Of a stretch of DNA of 64,000 bases, positions 53,913-64,000 are shown in pieces. Below the pieces are notes generated by a model. That model had not been told where the DNA came from. It saw only the letters and a list, made by a program, of their open reading frames with translations, and made no database searches. This stretch comes from Rhizophagus irregularis (Eukaryota). The stretch spans positions 5,456,001-5,520,000 of the forward strand of contig NC_089431.1 in NCBI RefSeq assembly GCF_026210795.1. Reading direction: 5' to 3'. Every line of letters starts with the position of its first letter. Position 1 is the first letter of the stretch. The translations under genes and the position numbers were made by a program.

Positions 53913-54824
53913 TTGTAACACTACTGTAACCGTGCAGTAAATTAATAATGTAAAAAAAATACAATAGATCCAAATTCATGTGTATAGATTTAATGAATTG
54001 AATCATAATTCATTAATGAATCGAACATAATATCGGTGTTATAACTATCAATACATAAAAGAGATTAATTTAATTGTTCGAATTGTAAAATAAATGAAAT
54101 AATATAAGAATCTAAGTTCGTAAACTTAACAGATTATAAATTTGTATACAATATTGTATTCTAGTACGAACCTTAGTTTTTAAGATTTCGTCACGTTACG
54201 CCATCAAAAATAAGATACACATGTCTACATAAAAAAAAAAATATTTTGAAAATTTACAAAATTTATACAGAAAGTTTGATGCATTTAAATTTAGATGTGA
54301 TCTATGAGGGATTTCAATTCCCGTTTATAATATATTAAATATTATAGAATTTGGCGTGTATGAAAACTCGGACTAATTTGGCATGATTTTAACCGAATAT
54401 TTAAACATCTTCAATGAAAACGTGTTTTGACCTGATAAAATTTTAATGAAAATATTTTTAAATATTCGACAATTTTAATAAAACAGAGAATTCACAAATA
54501 AACATGACTAAAATTTTCGTTAATTTTGGCCGGAATTAATCACGAATTGTTGGCCTAAATTAAGGAATTAATCTCTAATACTGGTCTAGTCAAAACGTAA
54601 AATAAATAAATACGAAATAGTAAAAACTAAATATAAATTCATAATGAATTAAACAAAATTATATTTATACCCAAAAAAATCTATTTAAAATATTTTGAAA
54701 TTCTTTTACCCTTTCTTCCTAGAATGAGATTAATTTTACAAGCTACAGGTAAACATGGTTATAATTAATACTGTAATCAATGCATTATCCTTGAATATGA
54801 CAAACGTGAAATTCTAGTTAATAC

Positions 54825-56171
54825 TTACGTTGTAAAGTCAATAATTTCTACGGAATTATTATTAACATTATCGTATTTTGAAATGTTCTTTGTAAAAGAA
54901 TTAAGTAATCGAGATGTATAAATAGCTTGTAAATGAGGATTTGATTCACTAGATAATGACTTTCGATGTTCTTCCGCTTCCTTGAATTGGTTTTCAATTT
55001 CATAATGCTCTTGTTTCTTTTCAATTTTCATTAGAGTTTTAAATCCTGATTCATTCTTTGTGTATGAAGCATAAAATATCAAAATTTCTTTTTTTAATTC
55101 AGCTATTTTCGGTCTTTTGTCTGGACTTGAATCCCAACATTTTTCCATTAATTCAACGTAACACTTTGGTGCTTCCGTCTTATTTATTACGGGTCTATCA
55201 CCTTTACATATGTTTATCGCTAAAAATTCGTCGTGTGGACAATTGGCAAAAGGTTGTCTTCCAGTTGCTATAAAATACATAATCATACCAGCACTATATA
55301 TATCTGACGCTTGGGTATAAGGGTTTCCTTTTAGCACGTTAGGGTCTAAATAAGGCATAACTCCAAAAATTTTTGTTTCATCGTTATTACTTGCTTCTCT
55401 ACACAATCCCATATCTGAAATATGTGGAAAATTACCATTTTTAATTAAAATATTTCCCGTATGAAAATCATGATGAACAAATCCTTTTTGATGAAGTTCA
55501 TCAAGAGCATTAAAAATATTAAATAATGATTTTAATTTATTTTTCCAACTTAAGTTAATAAAATTTTTATTTATCCAATCATTAAGACTTCCGCCTTCCA
55601 CAAATTCGAAAACCATAATATATTCTTTTGTTACTGGATTTTGTGATATTCCATATGCTTTAAGAATATGATGAGAATTCATTATTGTATGTATTTTAAT
55701 CTGGTAATACCGTAATAGAATTTATATTATTAGACTTTTTTTAAAAAAATAAAAATACTAATATTTGAAATTTCATACCTCGCTTAGAAATTCACTTGTA
55801 ATATTTTGTGAGTCAATTAAACATTTTAAAGCGACTTTTTTATTAGCTCTTTCTTTTCTTGTCGTCCATTCCATTTTATTCACATCATAATTTAATGGAC
55901 CATCCTTCCATATCGCTGAACATACTGTAGAAAAACCACCTTTACCTATTAATTCAACATCATTAAATTGATTATATGGTATCCATTCAAATAATAGATC
56001 ATTATAACAATTGATTTTTGAATTTATTTCTTGAATAAATTCATCAATTTTTTTATCTCCGCTGATTTTAGTATAATTTTTTAATCGATTTATTTGACAG
56101 GGTTTACACCATTTATATTTTATATTAAAAAAACCTTTATATGATTCACCACATTTTTCACATTTATCCAT
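54825..56171 (-). CDS. TKL-type Ser/Thr/Tyr protein kinase, 422 aa, 2 exons
   Basis: Exons 56171-55779 and 55700-54825 join in frame. CxxC..WCxxC, GKGGFSTV, VALK, HHDFHTGN, DMG and SDIYS motifs. Confidence 0.9.
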
Positions 56172-58030
56172 TTCTTTATTGTTTGTTAATATCTCGCTTT
56201 GGGATGTATATCTTGTTATTTAAAAGTTAAGAAGGAAAGAATAATTTTTTTTTTTTCTCAAACAATTTAAGTCCCTTCGTTATAAACATTTAAATAGTGT
56301 TTAGCTTGATTCGGTAAATTGTACTAATTAAAAAATGCAAAAACTTTATCTTTTTCGGAAAATTGTGCTACGTTTTTGAAGATCTGCTTCATACACAAAG
56401 AACCATTCTTTAGTTGTACAAAATTTTTCGAGAATAGTTATGATCGGTTTTGCCGTCTTTCGATTTTGTGTAAAGGCAAAAATTTTATAATTACTGTATA
56501 ATTAAATTTTTCATAAATCACGTCAAATGGTTTTTACGTATTACACAGTGCGTATTGACAATTCGATGTCCTACGGTTCGTAGTTAGAAATTTTAAGCAA
56601 AATAATCGGGCCCATTTCCGCATAACGAAGTTTTAATTATCTTTATATGTTTATCAAAGTTATTGAAAAATTTTTTTCTCAGAGTAATTATATCAAACTC
56701 TCTTTACATATTTGATAACTTTTCATAGTATGTATGGAACGACTGGAACGTTCCAATTTCATTGGCCGCAGAATCATACGAACCTCGGGTATCACAAAAG
56801 ACAGGTCTTCAAATGGCATCATTAACAGAAATAAAGATGATGAATAAAGTTGCATTAATAAAGCCACCTTTACGACGAACTTACAAGTACGAAATCGATT
56901 TAGGTGAGAGAAAACATTTGGTGAATCCCAGTTATCCGTAAGAATTGAAAGGTTACACTAATAAATAATAATTTGGCTTCTGTATAACTACCAATGGGGT
57001 AGCCTTGTTAACGAAAATAATATTAGAAGAATAATAATTTGTCAAATGAATATTTATTTTTTAAAATTATTATTAAATAAAAAACAATATATTTGTTGAA
57101 TCTGCGAATTTTGCCGAATCATTTAATATGTATTTCCGAATTATACAATATTAAACCAACCGTTATTGTAATAACAATTCATTTTTTTTTCTTTTTTTTT
57201 GAAATTACTAATACACGTAGATCATTTTGAGCTTAACGTATAGTCGTATAGTGCATAATTTCCATCTTTACTATATTAATACTTGAAGATTTTGTTTGTT
57301 TGAAAGTTGTGAACGGTAATACGTGGTACAAGAAATTAGAGCGCTTAGCTCAAATGCGCCCTTTAAACTTTTAAAGAACCCCCTAAGCTTTATTTTTCAT
57401 TTTATTTACTAAATAAATGTATGAAATTTTTTTTTTTTTGGGTTGATCATTTTAATATTTATGATTATATAATACATATTTGATATTCTGACAGTTTTTC
57501 TCTTTATAAAGGGTTCGTCTCATTGCATTTTTTTTAAATTTTTGGCCAATCAAAATTTAAACACTATTAATTTTATTAAATGGAGTTAACTGAAGACCAT
57601 ACGTGGATTAATAATTATTATTTATTTATTATATTTTCACATTAGAAATAAATGTACACTGGTAAAAAAATTCGAAATAAAAAATTTAAATCTTTATTTT
57701 GTGAATAATTTTTAAACGTAAATAAGTATTAAAACAACATTTAGATTATTTTATTTTTTATTTTGAAAAAAAAAAGCTCGTAGATAAATAAAAACCAAAT
57801 TAATAAAGGATTCAAAAACGAATTAAAATTAAATATATTTTTTTAAAATATTATTATTTGTAACTATTTTTTTTTTTTTAAAAAAAAAAGAAAGAAAATT
57901 AATAAACGAATGTTCATTTTTAGAAGTATTTAAAAAAAGAGTGAAATAAAATCCTGAAATAAAAAAACCAAAGATGAATTTGACTTTATTTTGAAAAAAT
58001 AAAGTTAGAGAACTCAAAATAAATGTATTT

Positions 58031-58135
58031 TCACATTATTGAGCATGAATTAGTCGGTTGTGCTGGATTTTCTGTAACTTCAGAAGTAACAACGACGGTT
58101 GGATTAGCAACGATATTGATGACGGTTTGATTCAT
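58031..58135 (-). CDS. 34-aa CAAX-terminated peptide; candidate lipopeptide (a-factor-like) pheromone precursor
   Basis: MNQTVINIVANPTVVVTSEVTENPAQPTNSCSIM*. A-rich context before the ATG, GC content higher than the flanks, upstream TATA box. Confidence 0.6.
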   Translation of the reverse strand: MNQTVINIVANPTVVVTSEVTENPAQPTNSCSIM

Positions 58136-58300
58136 TTTTTTTATGTTTATTGGAAAGTGTTAAATTTGTGTTGTGTTGCGTTGTTTTTTTTTTATTTTTT
58201 GATCGCAGATCAAAAGAAAAAAGAATATTTAATAATTTTTTTTTTGTTCTCTAACTTCTTTGCAAGTATTTGATGAGAAAGAAAGGTGGAAACAAAGGTG

Positions 58301-58308
58301 TATTTATA
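58301..58308 (-). promoter_or_regulatory. TATA box (TATAAATA) upstream of the CAAX peptide ORF
   Basis: ccctataaatacacc on the minus strand, followed by a pyrimidine-rich tract, ~165 bp upstream of the ATG. Confidence 0.5.
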
Positions 58309-59291
58309 GGGTAAACTGCGTATAATGCGCGCGTAACTAGATTGTTTTTTGATATTGTTGTATTGTTAGCTTTCTTTGAATTTATAATAATGTATTATGT
58401 GATTGTCTGAAACATAGAATTCATGTTCCACAATATCCATATGTGACATGAACATGCATGCATGTGCGAGGCACATGGAAATTTTTGGAAATTCGGATTT
58501 AAAGGCGCAAAATAAATATTTTGAAAGTATTCAAAGTATTCGATATATAAAACAATAATTCTTAACAAGGAACATAAATAAAACTATTTTTAAGAAATAC
58601 TGCGTTAATACGTAATTAAATTTTATTACTTCAAACGCCTTTATTATAATATGTTAATGCATCCATATTATATGCAATTAAAATGTTAGTCATGTTAATA
58701 AGAAATTTTTCGGATTTTTTGTATCTATTTTTATACATAATAAATGATTTTGAAATACTTTTAGGATTATTACATTATTTAAATTAAACAGACAATTTCG
58801 ATTACTCATGAGAAGTAAAACAAAAAAGAATTCTAGAAATCAATGGAATAAATAACCTCAAACTTGGCGCAATTATTCATCGATCTTGGATAAAAAAAAA
58901 ATTTTACTATACCAAAAGAAAAAATCTTTTTTCTTAAAAAGTAACTAAAGTAAAAAAAATTCTTACCTCACGTGCATTTCCAATGTCGATCATATTCTAT
59001 ATTTGATCAACAAAAGGTTGGTAGTATAATTTAAAATTTAAAACTAAAAGGAAAAACATACGGATGTTTCTTTTTTATCTGGATATGAATATAACCATAT
59101 TTATTTTATTGTTTTTTTTTGATACGTAATTAATTCCTAAACGTAAGCGGTTTGAAATTTGTTTTAATAGTAATAATGAACCGTAGCTAATTTTTCCCGT
59201 TTCTGAATCGGAATTTCTGACACGTCGATCATTTGTCGATCAAATTTTGTTAATTATAGTTTATAAATAGGCATAATTAAACTACCTTTTC

Positions 59292-59405
59292 AAAACATTG
59301 ATTGTTTTGTTGGATATTTTTTATTATCCAAAACATTGATTGTTTGCTGGATCGTTTTATTATCCTGAATATTGATTGTTTGCTGGATCGTTTTATTATT
59401 ATCCT
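59292..59405 (+). repeat. Three tandem ~36-bp units
   Basis: Three copies of aaacattgattgtttgctggatcgttttattatcc. Confidence 0.8.
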
Positions 59406-59444
59406 AAATAAAAATCTATTAATTCATGTATAACAAAGACATAT

Positions 59445-59896
59445 GGTCAGGTCATGACTGTGACCTTCTGACCGATCATTTGACGATTTTGGCCGAACGT
59501 TTAAAATTGTAAGTTACAATAATATCTGATCATTACAGTTGTTTTCATAATGTACTGGACATCTAGTCATTTTTAACTCTTTGCCGAAACACTCGGTATA
59601 TTCGGTAAAACTCGGTAAAGCTCACAATAGGAAAAAAATATATCATTACTCATTAGATTCGGTCATTTCGGTGTATTGTTTCGAGTATAATAATATTATT
59701 TTTTGTTTTATCCTGAGCTAAACCGAACATTATCAAATAATTCTTGGCAAGGAGTAAAAAATGGCCAGGTTTCTAAAAAAAAAATGAGTTTTTAATTCTT
59801 TTTGGTTAATCTGGTCTCGGTCAAACGGTCGGTCAAATGGTTGGTCAAAACGATCGGTCGGTCAAAGATTCTTGATTCGGTTATGACCGACCGATG
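59445..59896. mobile_element. Degenerate MITE-like foldback
   Basis: ggtcaggtcatgac pairs with gttatgaccgacc, with mirrored tgaccg/cggtca motifs. Inner imperfect pair actctttgcc / ggcaaggagt. Confidence 0.45.
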
Positions 59897-60742
59897 AGGC
59901 GTAGAAATTAAGGCGCAGTAAGGAATGAGGCGCAATTAATAAATTTTCGGATCCAATCATTTTACAGAATAATCACGTGAAAGCCGAGATTCTCGGCAAC
60001 AAAATTTTCAATTGTCTCGTTTATTTTGGATTTTGCTGTAAATGGTAAGTCGGATAATGACATTTCGGTGAAATAGGGTATACTAGGAAAACGGAAACCG
60101 TTTAAGTCCTTCGCGTTGCATAACTCGCAAGTGCATGTTACGATTGTTACGTGATCTACGTGTCATTTGGCATATTTCAGGGGTCAAATAACTAGTCTTA
60201 CATAAAATTGTGATACATATTCAAAAAAGGAAATAAATTGTCGATTGTGACAGGGACAAAAACGGGGTTAAACCATTCGCTAACGCTTCGGGCAATAGAT
60301 TTTCATGTCGGTAAAATGGAAGCCAGCAAATAAAATGGCGTTGGTTAATTTCATTTTTGTAGAATGGCTGTCTGTAAATTGTACTGTAACCCAAGTCAAT
60401 AACAATAACTTAAATTATTCTAAATTTTGGATAATAACATTATATAAAATTGAAACATGATATAGACAAGCAGAAATTAATAAAATTTATTCAATTACAA
60501 ACTGATTTATTTATAGAAAACATGTTTACAAATACTCTATCATCAGTGTTGAACAATAATTTTAAAATAAAAATAGGTAAAAAAATATATATTTGAATAA
60601 ACTATAAAGTTACATTATAACTTTAGTTTATAATAAACGATTTTTTCAATATAAAATTTTTCAATCATTCGTAATTTTAGTCCGTAGATCAACAATGATT
60701 TCAATTAATAAAGATAAAATTGTAATTAAAATTTAGCATAAC

Positions 60743-63700
60743 TTACTCTGCTGTAAAGTCAATATATTCTGCCGTAATATTATTAATATTATCATACATT
60801 GGAAAGTCTTTTGTAATGGAGTTAAGTAATCGAGACGTATAAATAGCTTGTGGATGAGTATTTGATTGAATAACTTCAATTGATAAAGGGTTTGCTTTTC
60901 TATATTCTTCTGCTTCTTCCAATTGATTTCTAATTTCTTGCGGTTGTTTGGAATCATTAAGTAACTTCATTGTTTCAAATATTTCATCTATATTTGGTCT
61001 ATGATCTGGATTTGCATCCCAACATCTCTTCATTAAATCAATATAACATTTTGGTGCTTCTGGCTCACTTATTTCAGGTCTAACTCCTCCGCATATGCTT
61101 ATTGCTAAATATTGATCGTGTGCACGATTGTAAAAAGGTTGTTTCCCAGTGGCTATAAAATACATTAACATACCAAGACTATATATATCTGATGCTTGAG
61201 TATATTTCCCTACTTTTAATACTACTTCAGGAGCTACATAAGGCAAAACTCCAAAAACTTTTTTTTCATCTTTTTCATCTATATCATAATTATCATCAAC
61301 TTTCCCACATAATCCCATATCTGCAATACAGGGCCAATATTCATTCTTAATTAATATATTTCCAGTATGAAAATCACGGTGAACCATATTTTTTTGATGA
61401 ATTTCTTTAAGACCTCTAACAATATTCCATAATGAAAGTAATTTATATGACCAATTAAATTTATCATAATTTTTATTTATCCACTTACTTAAATCTCCAC
61501 CTTCTACATATTCAAGAACCATAATATAATCTTTTGAATCTGGATTTTGAGATATTCCATATATACTTAGAATATAAATAGAAGTTTTCTTTGAATGTAC
61601 TTTAGCCTACAAAAATTTAAATTGTTTGTTAAAAAAATATATAGTTTATATATATATATACATATACTGTATATATGTTTATTTATTTAATTTGTTACTA
61701 GAATAAATTCTTACCTCACGTAAAAATTGTTCAGTGATATTTTGTGAGTTACGCATACATTTCAAGGCAACTTTTTTATTTGCTCCAGGTTTTCTTATCC
61801 ACTTCTTTATATTATCATCATAATATAATGGACCATCCTTCCATATTGCTGAATAAACTGTAGCAAAGCCTCCTTTGCCTATTTCTTTAATATCATTAAA
61901 CTGAGTATATGGTATCCATTCAAATGTATCGTTAAAATAACCATTACTCAATTGTGTCTTTTTAATAAAATCATCAATTGTTTCATTTTTACTTGTCCAG
62001 TTTGTAAAATTTTTTTTTAGATGGTGAATTTTACATGGATTATACCAACTATGTATTACATCTATATATTTTTCATCACATTTTTTACAATTTTCAGCTT
62101 GAATTACAATATAGTCTTTTGTATTTGGATCTTGAGATATTCCATATAAAGTATTGTACTATTAAACAAAAATTAAGTCAATAAATTAAAAGTGCTGGCT
62201 TAAATTTCAGTTATAGAAATTTTTCTGACTCATACCTCATTTGAAAATTCATTATTTATTTCTTGTGAATTGTGTAGATATTTTAAAATAACTTTTGTGC
62301 TTGTATTTCTTTTTTTTGTCCATTCTTTTATATTATCATAATAATATAATGGACCATCCTTCCATACTGCGGAATATACTTTAGCGTGATTATCAACCAT
62401 TTCTGTGATGTCATTAAATTGATCATATGGTACCCATTCAAATACTATACCGTTACAATAATCGGTTTTTAATTGTATCATTTGAATAAATTTATTGATA
62501 CTTTCATTCCCACTCGTCCAGTTTGTAAAATTTCTCTTTAAATAATTTATTTGACATGATTTAACCCATTTATGAGACATATCTGTATATTTTTTATCAC
62601 ATTTTTCACAATATTTACTGTTGATTTCGAGAACCACAATGTAGTCTTTCGTATGCGGATTTTGAGATATTCCATATATTTTAAGAATATCATCTCGTCG
62701 TTTAATTGAATTCGCATTAACCTATTAAAGCAAACTGAATTGTTATTAAAAAGATCTTTAAATTTAATGAATAGAAAAATCTTATACCTTAAGTGAGAAT
62801 TTATCGGCTTGTGAATTACAAAAAAGTTTTAGAGTGACGTTTTTATTTTTGTCAAATTGCTTCTTTGTATATTCAGTTCTATCACTATCATAGTATAATG
62901 ACCCATACTTCCATATTGCTGAATATATTGTTATATATTCATATTCACATATTTCTTTAATATTATCAAACTGGTTGTATGGTATCCATTCAAATACTAT
63001 ATCATCAAAAGAATCAATTTTTAATTGCATTTCTTGAATACGCTGATCAATTATTTTACTTCCACTCGTCCAGTTTGTGAAATTACTTTTTAAATAATTT
63101 ATTTGGCATGGTTTGCACCATTTATGAAATATATCCGTATATTTTTTATCACATTTTTCACAATATTCACTATTGACTTCGAGAACCATAATGTAATCTT
63201 TCGTATGCGGATTTTGAGATATTCCATATATTTTAAGAATATCATCTCGTCGTTTAATTGAATACGCATTAACCTATTAAAGTAAACTGAATTGTTATTA
63301 AAATGATCTTTAAATTTAATGAATAGAGAAATTTTATACCTTATCTAAGAATTTATCGGTTTGTGGATTACGAAAAAGTTTTAAAGTGACGTTTTTATCT
63401 TTGTTAAATTGCTTCCTTGTATATTCAGTTTCATTACCATCATAACATAATGTCCCATACTCCCATATTGCTGAATATATCGTGATATACCCATATTCAT
63501 ATATTTCTTTAATATTATCAAACTGGTTGTACGGTATCCACTCAAATACTATGTCATCAAAAGAATCAATTTTTAATTGCATTTCTTGAATACGCTGATC
63601 AATTATTTTACTTCCACTCGTCCAGTTTGTGAAATTACTTTTTAAATAATTTAATTGGCATGGTTTACACCATTTATAAGATGTATCTGCATATTTTCCA

Positions 63701-64000
63701 TCACATTTTGGACAATAACTATCTTCAAGAACCATGACGTAATCTTTCGTATGCGGATTTTGAGATATTCCATATATTTTACGAATATCATCTCGTCGTT
63801 TAATTGAATATGCATTAACCTAGTATTGAAACAAACCAAAAAAATTATTATTAAAAAGTTCTTTAAATTTAATGAATAAAGAAATTTTATACCTTGGATA
63901 GTTTCATATAGTAGCCTATATATTGTGGATTACATAAGTGTTTCAAAGCGATATTTTTATTCTGGTTTTCTTGATTATTTATTTTTTCATCATAACATAA
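60743..64000 (-). CDS. TKL-type kinase with tandemly repeated N-lobe modules (5' end lies outside the window)
   Basis: Exons >64000-63893, 63819-63340, 63273-62788, 62721-62236, 62158-61715, 61606-60743. All introns are phase 0 and the frame is open. The final unit has GKGGFATV, VALK, HRDFHTGN, DMG and APE. Confidence 0.88.

Noticed and set aside
58058..58273. 71-aa plus-strand ORF from the track
   Set aside because: TTG start and a poly-T-derived tail. It is the antisense shadow of the CAAX peptide ORF.

Overview
Very AT-rich eukaryotic DNA with short GT-AG introns. The gene families (F-box-like/LRR proteins, expanded TKL-type kinases with CxxC/NWTSG N-termini, BTB-BACK-TLDc proteins) are typical of arbuscular mycorrhizal fungi (Glomeromycotina, probably Rhizophagus); this is inferred from family content only. 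Apparently intact genes: an F-box-like protein, a 7-exon 922-aa multi-pass membrane protein, a BTB-BACK-TLDc protein, a SUMO-like protein and two kinases, one with serially duplicated N-lobe exons. There are also many pseudogenes and DNA-transposon relics (hAT, MULE, CMC-like, nested MITEs). Most notable, and absent from or incomplete in the ORF track: (1) a 34-aa ORF ending in a CAAX box (CSIM) with a TATA box, resembling a fungal lipopeptide mating-pheromone precursor; (2) three tandem SUMO-like genes that all lack the C-terminal diglycine; (3) a TIR element flanked by a ~61-bp direct repeat and carrying a chain of micro-exons; (4) a possible metallothionein-like mini-gene. Exon coordinates were read by eye and may be off by a few bases.
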